DNA from: Auanema rhodensis
Lineage: Eukaryota > Animalia > Nematoda
Length of the DNA: 64,000 nt
Assembly: GCA_964057225.1 (NCBI GenBank)
Contig: OZ059898.1
Location: 4,836,001-4,900,000 of the forward strand
Direction: 5' to 3'
The notes beneath the pieces are model-generated. The model saw only the letters and a program-made list of their open reading frames with translations. It was not told the DNA's origin and did not search any database. A program made the translations under genes and the position numbers. This document shows, one piece after another, positions 1 to 16,335 of the stretch (its first letter is position 1; the number at the start of each line of letters is the position of its first letter).

Positions 1-1723
1 AAAGAATAAAATATTAGTGAAACTTTTAATAATATTAAGTTAGAGAACAGAATGTTTGAGGTCAAATACAAAGAATAGAAAACATATCGAATTTATAGGA
101 ATAACGAATAATTAGCTAGTAAATAGTTTTAATACTACAAACAATTATAATTTTAATATTGGTAAACTGTTCAAGGTTATATATAATAATACATTTTTAA
201 AAGTATTCTATCCATATATAGTTAAAATAAAGAAAAAAGAGAACAGAATGAGAATGATCAGTAGCATAAACATATCTACTTAATATAAACAAATGAGATA
301 AAACTGTTTTATGAGCAGAATATGAACCAGATTCGCATACTATATCTTGTATGATTTTTGAGATTTTGTAAATATAAAAATAGGTAACAGATTGAATATA
401 TTTTTTCAGGATAGTTTTGAAATCTAGGTTGTGTTGTATTGAGAAACAGCAGTCTCTGGTAATAGCTGCAGGAATAGACCCTCAGGGCTTCGGACTTTTG
501 TGAATCTCAATGAAAGCAGCTAAACGGAAAGAGACTCAAGAGAAAGAAAGATAGAAATAGAAAGAAAACTTGAGAGAAAGAGGGTGAAGGTTAAGAGAGA
601 AAGCACCGAAAGTAAGATGACGGGAACAACTAGGAGGGGATAAATGACATCTGTTCACCTTGCCATCAATTCTCTTCGAATCATATGCTATCTCATTCAT
701 AAAATTGTCTGTTCCCTCCGGAAAATACAACTATCTTGGGATGTCCGGCAGGCTGATCCTGCCGTCCGCCCCCACAGAGACAAAACTTAGAGAAAGAACT
801 GAGAAGATAGATATTGGCAGAGCTTATAGTTCCCAGGCTTGAAAAGTATAATATAAAATGATAAAGTAACTTCTTTATTAAATTTCTTTAAATTAAATGT
901 TTTCAAGATAATTGATTGAAATTAAGATTCCAGATTTAATTCATTGAAATTTGATGAAAGAATTCAGAAGCCAGCGCAAAACTGACAGAAGTTTGAAGAA
1001 GTGTGTTGTCCGTTGCATTCGATGAAATGAGAGTCTATTTGAATTGCTTGTTAGAAAATAGTCAATATGAAGGCAATTTTGAAAAGAAAAGAGAAAAGTA
1101 CCAAATGTTTACCTAATAAGTCAAACGGCGACTTGAAGGTGAGAATTTCGATCTATAAGTACCTAGGATGTGATGATGAAAGAGAAAAGGATTAAGAGAA
1201 ATGAGAGATTGAGAGGATGGAAGCGATACTTGCTCTTTCAGCAATTATTTCAAGAGAGCAAAAGCTAAAAGGTAGATGTTTATCTGATATGAATAACAAA
1301 TAGAATTCGATAATCTTAATAATGAAAATAGATATATTCTTGAATAGAAATTAAACTATACTAACATATAAAACAAAAGACAGAAGCAACATGACAAATC
1401 GAGAAAACAGTTGATCAAATGTTTTTTTCAAAACGTTTTGCCACGGAAAAAAAAGATCTTGAAAAGCATGTCAGAGTTGACCCACATTTCAATTAAAGAA
1501 CATAAGACGAAATTTCAGAAAAAGAGTGAACGTGGTATGAAAAAAAAAATTGAAGAAACTTAATATAAAAAATATAAATTTAAATTCATTAATAGTTAAT
1601 GTGAAAATAGAATTATATTTATATAATAATGATTTATATTAACATACTGATATTGTATATTATATTATTTTGTATATTTTTATAATTTCTAATAAAAATA
1701 TATAAGATTTTTATAAATAAAAC

Positions 1724-1728
<5 letters not shown>

Positions 1729-1759
<31 letters not shown>
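1729..1759. repeat. (AT)n microsatellite
   Basis: Uninterrupted AT dinucleotide run; it also produces the spurious YIYIYI ORF on the minus strand. Confidence 0.9.
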
Positions 1760-1766
<7 letters not shown>

Positions 1767-2405
1767 TCAATAATACAAAAAATAAATAGTAATTGAATCG
1801 ATATAAAATAAAATTCTAAGTGAAATGATGTACATAAAAGGTAAATCGGCTTTATATGTGATTGAAAGTAATAAAAGAAAGCTAGTAGGACGAATACAGT
1901 ATTATTATCCAAATATGTTCAATCTTTTCAAAATTAAAAAGAAAAAAAGAAATAAATGAACATGAAAGTACTAGTAGGTTAGTAGATGTATTTAAACGAT
2001 CATCGCTTTAAAAGTAATTGGAATGATAAAACACAAAGAAGACAATGATGTCGAGTATGTTATTGATTTTATTGAAAAGAAGATGTGATAAGCTTGAAAA
2101 TTGTTTAAAAAAAATGAAATAAATAATAAAACTTAAATATATAAATATATAATAATAATAATAATAATAAATATTTATATTTTTAATTATATTATTTTAT
2201 TAGTAAAAAGCAAGAATTAATGAATTTATACATTAAGTTGTTCAGATAAAAAGAATTAAGGTTGTAAGAAAATCAAAAGAAATTTAGACCAGTTTAGCAT
2301 AATGACCTTCTTACGATAGACATAAATGAAATTATGTGATTGAATCTCAGTTTCGAGGTGTTAAGATGAGTAACGGTCAATCACATAACCAAAAAGAAAA
2401 TTTGT

Positions 2406-2407
<2 letters not shown>

Positions 2408-2477
<70 letters not shown>
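2408..2477. repeat. (TC)n microsatellite
   Basis: ~70 bp TC run; produces the spurious SLSLSL ORF. Confidence 0.95.
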
Positions 2478-2482
<5 letters not shown>

Positions 2483-5006
2483 CATCCTATTCTTGTGGAA
2501 TATTACAGGGTGTGGCTCTTAAGATTTTAGAGACAGATAACATGTTTTGTAATTTCGTTGAATATACATAGCTAGTTATGAACATATAGTAAATCTACAT
2601 ATACTATATGTATTTCTTTTAAATTATTTGATAACTTCATATGATGGATATGTTATAAACTCATCATTCAGTCATCAGCTTCAATCTTGATCTTTAAGCA
2701 TCATGACGATACCATCAATAGATGAGATGTCTGAGAGCTAAAATCTGAAACCGTTTACGACATAATGACATGTCATAAACTGCTGTTCCTTAAATATACA
2801 GAAGCTAATTTTAATAATAAAATAAATAAATTTCAAAATTATAAAAATAATTTTATATTTAAATTATTAAATAATTTTTTGTTTTAACTTGAATCTTATT
2901 TGAATGAACAGTAATGTAAACGAAAAACTAGATATTCATCTATCACTTTCAGAATAAGAAATGAAAAAAGAAGAAATCATTGATGCATAAAATTAAAAAC
3001 GACATTTACTATTTATATAGTTAATGAGAAACATTTTCCATCATTCCATATAGTTTGTTGTTATTTTAAATATTTGAAATTCAATATTTCTAAAGTAAAT
3101 ATAAAATTAAAAGAAAAAAAAGGGAAAAATATACAAGAAATTGATGAATAGGTTATAGAAAAGTATAGATGACTAATTTGATGTTTGAATATATGTATAT
3201 AATACAATATAATTCTATATATATATAGAGAGAGAGAGAACTGAGAATAAGAATAAGAAAATATTGTAATAAATCCTAAGTATAATTATAAAATGTTGCT
3301 ATGGGTTCTGATTGTAACCTGTCTAAAATATTGAAAAGATAATTGACATATAAGAAGTACTGTGAATACACTGTTTTATAGATTGATGACTGAAACAGGA
3401 AAAAGAACATGAAGAGAGATAAATGGATAGAGAGAGAAAAAGAGAGAAAGAGAGGTGAGATAGAGAAAAGAGGTGAGGAAAGGACAGCTGTAGCTGCAAA
3501 TACAGATTGATGGATTTTTTTATATTCTTCGATTGAAACGAATAAATTTTCTTTTCTGTCATCTATATATACATACATATATACTTTTAACTAAAAAATA
3601 TACTGTAATCCGAATTCTGATAGATAAATACCAAGATTGAGAAAAAACGGAATAGAGGGTGAGATAGAGAGAGAGAGAATGTGTGTTTGAAAATAAAATA
3701 AGACAATATCTTCAATCCAACTAAGACTATTAATGAATTAAACTGTGATCCTCTCACTAATTTATGTATTCAAATTGGGCAACAAGACATTTGATGGACA
3801 GAAACAATAAAAATGAGCACAATGTAGATGTAATCGACTTTTGTAAAATAGTAGAATCTTTGTTTAGAAATTTGAAAATTTATAATAATTATTGTTGAGA
3901 TTTAGAAGAAATGACAAAATATTTGTAATAGAATTCATGGTAAGTCTATTTCTCATCAATGTGTATCAATGAGGTTAGAGTCAGTTGGCTCCAAAACCAT
4001 AAAAGTGAACGTCTGGTGGGCAGATGTAGCTTACATAGAGTGTACAAAATCATCTTCACAAAGAAGTTATCAACATGAGTTATCATAATTTGATAGATTA
4101 ATTTATAAATAATTAAAGAAAATATAAAATTAAAAATTAAAAATAAATTTTAATATATATGTATATAGATGAATATATGCTTTGCTTGATCTGTGAGTTC
4201 TATATATGGGTATGTATGTATATGAGTTAACGGATGTTACGATCATCCGATTAGGCGTTTGGATTCGCTCTTGCTGCAAGTTGATGATGATTGTAATTAA
4301 GTTGGTCTGTATGACACGAAAGACGAAAATTGTATTTGGTTAACGAGGCTTAGTAAAAGGAAGATTTAGATGTATCTAAGATATACTTAGATATTTGATG
4401 CTTAAAATGAATGAAAAATTTGAATAACGAACGCCATATGGACATCAATGAAAAGAAAAAAAGAAGAAGAAGAAGAAGATATTTAAAAATTGATACAATT
4501 TAAGATTATTTCTATATTATTCCATTAAATATTATTATTATTATAACAATATAGAATATAAAATATTTATTTTAAAAATTACAATTTTTTTTGAAAATAA
4601 GAATAAATGACTGATGATTCATAGCCTCTAAGCATAGATGACTTACATCTACAGAGGAATAGCCGCCGATTTCGTTGGTTGTCGAAACATAGAGGGTATG
4701 CAAGTTATCGATGGTCAGTTTGCCTTCTGACATCATCTCTCATGGGACTTATTTCATGAAGAAAAGGGAAGGGAGGGTGGGGAGGGTAAATGTACCCTTG
4801 GATATAAGACGAATTCTCTAGAAAGGAGAGCAATCATAAACAAAGTTCAAGAATAGTAATAACTATACAATATACTAAATAAAATATGTACTATATACAT
4901 ATGTAATATATATATTTATTTATTTATTGTATAATAATATAAAAAAAGAATATTTAATAATATTTGTAATATAATTAAAATTAAATAATAATATAATTTA
5001 TTTTAA

Positions 5007-6546
5007 TTATTTAAATAATAATATAAGAATAACACCACTAAAATTTAATAAAAGAGCACATACAAGTCCAACAAGGATAAGCATAACTAACGCAGTCTAA
5101 ATATGTTCTTTTTTTTCTTAAAATTAAAAAAAAATAATAATTCTTACCATTCCACCATTTAACTTTTTTTTTGTTTCAATTGTTTTGCGAAGTTGATTAA
5201 TATTTGATTTAGTCTTCACAGTATATTCTTCACATTGTTCAACATTACATTGAATATCATTAAGTAAAGGTTGCTATAATACGAATTATTAGAAATTTTT
5301 AAAAGAAAAACAAATTTTATTCCTTACGGCTATCTCTAATTGAATCTTTAGTTCATGAAACATCTGTGATAATTCATCTGTACTAGCTTCTAATCTTAAA
5401 CAAGATTCATGTCGATCTTTAATTTCTTCAAGTAATCCAGGTAAATTATTCTGATCTGATAAGAACGGAAGTAATCCTTCTTTTTCAATTTTACTAGCAT
5501 ATTGTGCTTCTAAAATTCATATATATTATCAGTAAAAGTCTTTGTTTATTCATATCCCTACCTAAGCTTTGGCTTTTTATGAGACGCGCAGCTTTTTGAC
5601 GATTTTCAGTTTCATACTGTATCTGCTCGTGATTAAATTTATTTATAACAGCTTTTAAAGCTTCTACTATGCACATAATCTGAAATAAATTAAAAAATTA
5701 TTGAAGTTCTTGTCATCTGAGAACATACTTGATCACGTCTTATACGAAATTCTGCTTGGCTCATCCCTTCTCGATCTGCTTGCTTGAAATTATCATTCAA
5801 AGCTTAAACAAATACAAATTCAATTTAGTTTTTGTCTCAAAATTTTAAAATTACTATTGACAAATTGGCAAATCTTTTGTGATGACATTTGAAATCTTTC
5901 CACTTCTCTATCTAATTCTCGTATCATCATTCGAACAAAATCTAAAAACATTTACAACTTTTTATGAAAAACTTTCTAAATTAAACAGAACCTCTTTCAG
6001 CTCCTTTTAATAATAAAATATTTCTTAATTTTTCATGAAATTTTTTAATTTTATTAGCAATAGATTGAAGATTTGATAAATCTTCTCGAATACTTGTAAC
6101 TTGTCCTAGAAACTGAAAGATAATTCAATGAAGCTCAATCAATCAATCTAAGTTTATACCTTTTCAAGTTCAGGTCTTTTAGCCATTTTTAAATATTGAA
6201 TATCAATCTCATTAAGTTCTATCCATTCATGTTTAAATAAATTATCTTTATCATCATCCTATAACTATAAAAAAGATTTTCAATTAATATATAATCATAC
6301 AGTATTCAATGTTAAGTTTGTTGTTGATGTAGCATGTTCCTATAATATTTTAAATATTAAAATACAAAAGAAGAAAAAACATTTAAAAGCATACCAAACA
6401 TGGATTCATACGAGATGTATATGTAAAAATATCTTTTGGTTTAAACATCTGATGAATTTGCTTAAAGATAATAAAAATTTTAAAAATATTATATTATATG
6501 TATAATATACCTCAAAACTTTGAAATCTATCACGTACAGAGATCAT
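5007..6546 (-). CDS. Divergent syntaxin (Qa-SNARE family), multi-exon
   Basis: Spliced product starts MISVRDRFQSFE (syntaxin N-peptide like) and has a Habc-like region with AEFRIRRDQ (cf. ADLRIRKTQ). SNARE motif is EEIKDRHESCLRLEASTDELSQMFHEL...LNDIQCNVE, followed by C-terminal TM TALVMLILVGLVCALLLNFSGVILILLFK*. Introns checked are GT-AG and in phase. Confidence 0.8.
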
Positions 6547-8701
6547 GATGACTGCCAATAATCAACTAAAACTTGCAAGAATTTTAGAAACAACTTTGAT
6601 TCCGAAAATCAAGGAATGTAATCTATCAAATCGTTTTTTCTATCTCTCATTATTTAAAATAAAAACATTTAGAAAAGATATTAAAGAAATCATCAAAACA
6701 TTTAGAGAAAATCATAAAATAAAATAAAAACTAATATAATAGATTAAGTATACAGTATAGTATATTATATTTGTTTAATTAATCATAATCATACAATATA
6801 GTTAAGATAACTAACTAACTAACTATATACATAGTATAGTATATGTATGTCTATTGTATCTATGTATCTCAACAAAACGAGTCAGAATGTCTAATTGACA
6901 GATTTTTTTGCCATAAAAGACGATTAAAGTGAGAAAAAGACGACTTAGTCAATAAGTGTAATATGACAAGAAGACGAGAACTTTTTTTTTTGTTTCCTAT
7001 ATCATTAACGTTCTATTTTCAGAGTGTGAAAGAATGATATCCATATACATAGACTATCATATAATTATTTTTATTTAAAAAAAAAGAAAAAAAATTATAA
7101 AATTATATTTGAAATAAAATAAAATTTAGTTTAAGTAGATAGAATACCATTACTTCATTTCTCAAATACAAGCATATGACTCATAAAGAGAAGAAAGTGA
7201 AACAGTAAAGTCTTACGGCAACAGAAAAACTCAAAACCGCCAAGCTCGATTGTTTAGTTGGAGGTAAGTGGTTTGACAAGTGGTTAACACATACATTTCT
7301 TATACATTTTCTTTAAACTTTTAGCTTGTATACTAAAGATGATGAAGACGTTGATGACCTTTTGTAGACATTCTAGTAGCAATTTTCATAACTATTTACT
7401 TTAGTTAATTTAGTTTACATAAGAAATATATTTGAAAAATACTTGATTTCTATACTTTTGTATTCAATTGCCTTTTCATAAAAAAGTTTCATAATCAAAT
7501 AGATTAACAAGTAAATACTTTTATAAGGTAAATAGAAAGTTCAGATTCTGAAAATGTCAGACAAGACAATCAAAGATAGTTTAGCTGATGATGAAAGTGA
7601 AAAAAAAAGATAACGACTTAAAGACCGATTATACCAGAAATACTTCTTTTTGCTTTCAATTCCTTTTTCAGTTATTTCTCCATAACATTTGATGAAAAAT
7701 CTATTGAAAACTAGGTTTCTTAACATCTTATCAAACAGCTTTTCTGATTTGATGAAGTTTAGCATATAGTACATTGACTAATACCATTTAATCTTATTTG
7801 TTATTTAAAATATATTTTTATAATATTTATCATTTATTATATTATATTATATCTTTTCCCTTTATATCAATATAAACATTTTTATCAATATTCATCGGAT
7901 ATTCATGGATAATAATTATATTCGCCTGTCAACACAATTATATCAAGTACATTAACTATGGCCTTCTAAATAGTATAATATATTATATTATACATATTAT
8001 ATTATATTATATAGTTTAAAATTTTGTATTTTATTAATTTTCATTCAATAGATCACTTAAATTGTCATAATTGATATAATTGAAATTGCTTTTTATCTTC
8101 TTTTATTTCAAATATTTCATGAGAATTTGAAAAAAAAACATACATGTATATGTATGTATATAGTTAAATCACATAAATACTATGTATTACATTATAAACT
8201 ATATAATATAACAGTAATTTCAATAGTTTTTGCTTGTTTTAACACTTCGAAATCAATTTGATTTTTTCATTTTGCGTCCGTAGTTGAAATATTTTTTAAC
8301 TATTTTATACATATAGTATATAATATTTTAATTAATATAATAAATCATTAATTAATATTAATTATATGTTATATATATTATATTATAAATTATATATAGT
8401 ATGTATATATGCTCTAACATGTAAATAATGATGAATCATGATTTTCTTTGGTTGAGTAACTATAAGTACATGCCAGTCTCTATTTCAAAAGGATTGATTT
8501 GAATTTTCATTCAAAAACGAAAAAGAGAAGAATGAGGAAGAATATGGAAGGCCAACCACATAGATGACTCATCGTTTGTCTCTTTTGAAATAGAATACGT
8601 TGCTCTAAACACTTGTTTGGAGAAAATGGCTTGGGACAGTTGAAGTATATTTTCCCTGTCTGAGCTAATTCGCCACCTTTCTCTATCTCTCGGGTTTGCA
8701 T

Positions 8702-8726
8702 TCTCTCTCTCTCTCTCTCTCTCTCT
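8702..8726. repeat. (TC)n microsatellite
   Basis: TC run giving the ERERER ORF on the minus strand. Confidence 0.85.
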
Positions 8727-11700
8727 TTCCCTTCTTGCTGTGAGTAGTTAATAGGGTAATTCACTCCTTCAATGCTTTTCTAACGTTAATGACAAATCTC
8801 TGAAAAAAAATAGCTCCATTTGTATATAGAACTGTAGTTTGTTCTATGAAATTATTTTTCAAGTTTTGATATGATTTCAGAATAAAACTTTTCTTTCTTT
8901 TTCTCAACAATGATCATAAAAGAAATGTGAAATGATAGAATAAAAGATTTCACACATAGCCTTCGATTGGTGGGTACAATCCTTATATTCTGTATAATGC
9001 TTGTCGTTATTCGTTACCTTGATGACCATTTTTCAACTTGACTCAACATTAGCCTATGGTTGTTCTGTATATGTCTCAAATCGAAATACTTTCTCGTTTA
9101 GCTGAATCTGACATACTACAGGACATCTCATCCTGTTTTTCTGCAGATCCTTTTCGTCTCCTCATCCATACAGAGTGGACACTGACGACGACGGCTGACA
9201 GCGAGGAAAAGACGTGCCCGTCTGTGCCTGGTCGTCTTCAGCAATCGAATGAAGATTACTTTCTCATGGACCTGGTCTTCCTTGTATCATTTAATGCTCT
9301 CTTTATCCATATCCTCTTTTCTCTTTCCTTTAAAACTTGAATGATAGCAATGACTTACTCATTCGTCCTGACAATGTCCTTTTTCATATTTCCTTCCTTT
9401 GATATTCAACATTCATTCATTTTCTATGGATCAGAAAACAATTTATATGTTCTCTAAGATGAAGAGCGTACATTCATTTGAGTTCTTAACGAAAATCATT
9501 TATCTATTTCGTTTGCAATCCTTTTCGTCTCACTCGCTTGTTCATATGTCACTGCATCTTCAGAGTGCAATTTCCTTTTTTTTCTTCTTATTTTTCCTAA
9601 TTAGCCATCATGTCTTACATCTTTCTAACTAGATTCAAAATTCACTAATGCTGTCCAGAAATATGGAAATTCTTGCAGAAACAATCTTCTTTGTTTAAAT
9701 GTATTATTATGTGGTATAACAATATTATAAGTAAGAATCTTCCAACAAAAAAATGGGGAAATGTCGCAGTGAATGAGAAATGAAGAAAATTGGGGAAGAA
9801 TTTTCGGTAGAGCCCAGCCTGCTTCATCTCCTCTTTTTCTTTTTTTTTTTTCGTCTGCCAAAATCGTATTGAATGGTTTGAGCTGCTCCCCGGGGTCAAG
9901 CTTACGCCTTTTTTGCTCACTTTTCCCTTTTTTTTAACCACCCAAGCGTATAGATAGAAAAAAAAAACTAAACATAGGGTATTGGCAGCTGCGTCTTTGT
10001 TCTTCAAATGTATTCTAATACAATCTTATTTGAAAGTTTTTTTTAATTTTAAATATGTATATTCTATATTTATATTATATCATATATATATAAAGTAAGT
10101 TTGATTGATAAGTGAGAGGATTAAAACTGATTGTCGTGAGTCCCTCTTCATTTTCATAGATGATTTTTAGTTAAGGTTCATTCATGTTAAATAAACAATG
10201 ATTAAACATTACCAACTAATCTGAAAAAGATCGTGATAAGATGATGATGATCATGATATTTGATCAAATGGAAGATTATATGGTTGATAATGTCTACGGC
10301 AACTTTACTTGCAAGTACCTAAAAGGAGTTAAAAGTGCGAAAATCATTTCATTTGAATGAAGGTGAAAAACGGTTGAAAATTTCTTTTTATTCATTGTCT
10401 GCACTTTATTTCAAATCCTTCCTCGTTTTTTTTTTCAATTGATCGTTTAAATCACTAGTTTTTTTCATTTTTTATATTTCGTATGTAATCTAAAAACGTA
10501 GAGATGTAGAGAAAAATCACAACGTTTTCGCTTGTATAATAGAAAAGTATGAATATAAAGTATTAAAGTTTTATATTCACATACTAACATAAAAGGACAA
10601 AACGTGTGAGAAAGTTTTATGTTGGTATGAAATTCTAAAAATAATATTTATGATAGAAAAACTCTTTTGGTCTTTATGATGCCATGCACACATAGTAAGT
10701 ACATGTTGCAATTTTACTTTTCCATATACTTGTATGCTTTAGCTTCAATTTTTCTTTTTTGCTATCTCTAACACTATCTAATTCTTCTTTTACATTCTAT
10801 CTTTGCTTCTATATTGAGAAGAAAAGTCATTTGTGTAAGTATGTCTATGTCTTCTAATCGTTGGTTAGGCTCTTGTGGTCAAAGACGGCAGAGAGTGAGC
10901 GAGAAAATAGCTGTGCGATAACTTTGCCTTTCCTTCCAAATGCCGTCAAGAAGTTTCAATTTAAGGAAAAAGTATATTGTCTTTGCTCCTTGTTACTTCC
11001 AGCGTCCATTTCTTGTTCTCAGAAAGCTTCATTATTGTCAATTTCTGAGCATGACAACTTAGAGCATTTTTCTGAATGCTTATTCTAAACTTATCTACTA
11101 GATTGTTTTATCCTCATAAATTTCAGGTCACAACCTTAAAAATAGTTACTCTATTTTATCGGTTTATTTCTATAAGATTAGAGAATTATCTTATTTCTAA
11201 GAAAGAAGGAAAAAATGAAGTTAGAGTCAGAGAAACTGAGCATGAAGACGACCAATGAAGTATTTCGAGCCAATCTGCAATACTGGACAATCACTTACTT
11301 AATAGACAAAAGGCCAAGCCATAATCTAATAAACTTTTGGATTCTTCTGAACATTATTACAGTTTGCAGTAAACTGGAAAATATGTGTTAATCATCATGT
11401 TCATACTGTCTTCTGTAATTTCGCTAAATAATTCTGCAGAAAAGGAAATAGAATCATTCAAAGTAGCATCTGGTGCATCTCGTTATCCATGAATCATCAA
11501 TTTTCTTTGATGCACCCATATGCTCATTGAATTTTCAATCTCAATTTTTTATTTTTCACATTTGCTTTATTGCTTTTAGTATTTGATTAGTTGTTGATTT
11601 TTGAACATACGTTACTTATTTCGTCAACAATATGCCCTAGAAACTTCTCCTTTTCTTTCTTTTTCCGTCGTTTTGTAATATTCTCTAGAAGTAATACAGC

Positions 11701-13866
11701 ATTCCTGATTATAAGCGTTAAGCTTAAGTAAACAAAACTGGTGAAGACTGCTGTCAAATCGTTCCGTTGACATCATTGAAAAGAGTAAAGTATTAAGAGG
11801 AATCATACAAATTTTCTCGTTTTATTCCGCAATTTTTGAAGATTTGTATAGCATCTTCAAGCAAAGTGCCGTTTAGTATTGTTATTGAGAATAGTGATCG
11901 GTTTTTGACGACGTCCCTTATATGATCCTTCATCATGAATCAGGGTAGTAGTCTGCCATCTAATTGTCAAGCATTGAAACTAAATCTTCTGATGTAACAA
12001 AACACCCTACGAGCACTGAATTGAACAGATTTATTAGATGGGCCGTTGTAGAAAGAGAGGGAAGGGAGAAAAGAAATGAGAATAGCGAACACAAAACCTT
12101 CTGAATGATTAATGTGTAGCCAAGTATAGGTCAAGGAGTACAAACCCGTATCCTTAACTATACGTAGTACTATGATTATGGTTTGGGGAGATTATTAATA
12201 CATTTTATACTATTAATGTTAAAGTAAGATGGAACACTCCACCATCAATACTGATGCTCTATCCCTTCCCTTTTTCTCTTTTCTACTTCATTCTTAAGCC
12301 AAAGTGGTGATTTTTTTAGGATTTTTAATCTATTAAATCGCTCAAAAGTTTTTGTGATGGTTAGGAAACTCAAGGTGATTATAAATTCGTAGGAGGAACG
12401 CTCATACCCCTAACAATCGGAAGATGTCATCAAGACAAAAACGTTGAATAGAACGAATAGATTGAGATGAATAGAGTCGCAAACAAGGAAAAGTAGTGCG
12501 GAATTCATTAGGAATAGCCACATTGGATCATAATCTCTGCATGTCATATCTAGAAAAGGTGAGAGATATACAAAATAGGAAACTATTGACTGTTTTTGGT
12601 GGTCAGAACCTTCATTCCTTCTTTCTCTCTCCTCATATACTGTTCATTTTGTCGATTTCTCGTCTTGTCATCATCATCATCGTCATCAACAACATCCACC
12701 CGACAAAGCAGGTCATTCATCTCCATTACGACATTCGCACATAATATCGCCTAATATGTTGTACACTCTTCATCTTTCTCGCGCCACGATGTATATGTCA
12801 TCTTTGCCTCTCGTGTTCATTCGGGAATGATCCAACTTTTATATGAATTCCTTATCTTTTCTTAGTCTTTGAGAACATCTTCAAACTATAAACGGAAATG
12901 AATACTTTCGCTCAACCTATGTAAGTAGATGACTCATGCTCTTATCAATGAATGACCAAAAATACCTGATACTAATTTTTCTTCCCACCCGCATAGTTTC
13001 TATTTTTATTTATATTCGATAGATGCGATTACACCTAGAGTATATAATGATGGTGAAGACAATAAATTTACAGTCGACAAACTTATACCTTAGTAAGCTA
13101 TTATACTCTTATATTTATCTCATATATCTAACCGGACTTTTCAAAGACTGGCCACCTATAAACGCTATTAGTTAAAAGCTTTTAAATTTCTGTTTAAACA
13201 TTCCAAAACATCTTAATGACTTACCTGTTCTCTATGCTAATTGGCCACGTATATAGAAAACGGGCGGCAATTTTGCAATTGCTTCGGTATTTCTCAACTG
13301 AATGGTTGTTTTGATTATTCCAAAATTTCATTCTAAATTGTAATCATTTATTTTTAGATTTCTATATTTCTTCGTTATTACTCATATCATATTGCTAAAT
13401 TTTTTCTCATCAATGCGCCGGCTGCGGTGATTAGCTCATGCATATTTCTCATTCGTCTTTTTGTTTTTTTTTTGTTTAATAGTTTTTGTGGGCACGTTTG
13501 AGTAAAGACTATGCTCTATGTGTGTATGTGGTTGCCCTAAAACATTTGGTGACTCATCAGACCGGCCAGCACGATGTGCGTGACTCACCTCGTGGGTTAG
13601 AATCGTTATCCTTATATGTTCATCGTGATCGGTGATCGTCAACATTTTCCTTTTATACATTGCGAAATTGCCTTATGAGCAACCTTGGCGCCAAAATAAA
13701 ATTTAAAGAAAGCTCAATTACAATTTGTTTTTGTTTCTCACAGTTTTGATATTTTCGCTTATTTTCTCAGGTTCTATGGGTGTGATGATATCTGGATGTA
13801 ATAGTATGAATTATTTCCATGCTTATCTAGTGATATTACTGAGAACTCAAGATCTCTCAGCCCCTG

Positions 13867-14010
13867 ATGCTGCTGAGTAGGACCAGTGGGAAGAGGCGGA
13901 GCTTGGATCAGTCGTCGATTTCCCTGCCGTCATCGTCAGCGCCGTCCTGCCCGTGTATGGACAGCGACGCTCCGCCTGTTCTCCAGCCGTCGTGGTTCGA
14001 TGGGCCCGAG
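13867..14010 (+). CDS. Candidate upstream coding exon of the actin gene (48 codons)
   Basis: GC-rich island after acceptor ttttctcag (13770). ATG at 13867; ends GAG|gtttgg in phase 0, which is in frame with actin via the acceptor at 14986. Confidence 0.4.
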
Positions 14011-14935
14011 GTTTGGTCGACTCCATTTTTTCGTCCATTGGTTTGCTTATACTATTGTTACCAATTTTTTTGAATGAACTAAAGTATAGCTCTCATAACT
14101 GTTAAAAAGTTAGCTCCTTTGCAATAGAAGAAAACAATTTCTATCATAGTATTCTTCTAAAAACAAATTTCTCTTTAAATAATGTATAACTTCTATTAAC
14201 ATCCTCTTTGGTTTTGTAATTAAGCACTGAGGCGTTCTAATTGAAACGCCAAGCTGGAATGTTCCTAACATATCTAACCTTCGTGGAATAACGATAGCGC
14301 CGCCAGCTGGCATCTTTTCCTGTAAGCGGGAACAAAGCCCTGTTTGTGTCATAACTACTGGCTTGCATGCTCCATTTTAACAGTTATTCGTATCTTTTGA
14401 TTTTTTTATCATACTCTCTCTGATTCATGTTCCATCATCCAAATATGTATGTCTTTGTGTTTTTTTGTTTTCAACAACTTTCGCTCTGGGCTTATAATTC
14501 TAGCATGATCTCTAAACTCTTCGTTTTCCATCAATAGTTCGCATCTATGACAAATTATTACCATTCAGCTGCCCTGTTCTCATTTTCCGTCTCTCATTCT
14601 TCTCTACTCGCACAAACCAACGATGATCTAAGCGCTGTTTCGCCGCTTATGAAACATCTTTGAACATGACAGTCTATACTAAAATAGCGTGACCATTCAT
14701 GTTTGCACGGCACGGATTATGACTGTGATTTCTGGGAATTGTTCTAAGTCGGCTGGTTCTTTTATTTCTCTGTTCGTTTAGCGTCTTGTTTGTCAAGAGG
14801 ATTTATTCGAATCTACCTCTAAGAAGACGACAACTTGGCCTAGCAACAGCTACTCTCCGTTTCGGCATTGTTTGGTTGCATCAGATTCATGGCGGTTGTC
14901 GCCAGTGCCTGAAGGTCCAAACTTTGGATTTATAA

Positions 14936-16335
<1,400 letters not shown>

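Noticed and set aside
536-3578. Hydrophobic or low-complexity ORFs in the ORF track
   Set aside because: Products of AT/TC microsatellites and base skew; no splice-consistent or homologous protein seen.
9056-9340. 94-aa ORF with an exon-like GC island
   Set aside because: No recognisable motif and no convincing in-phase partner exon; left as a possible regulatory island.
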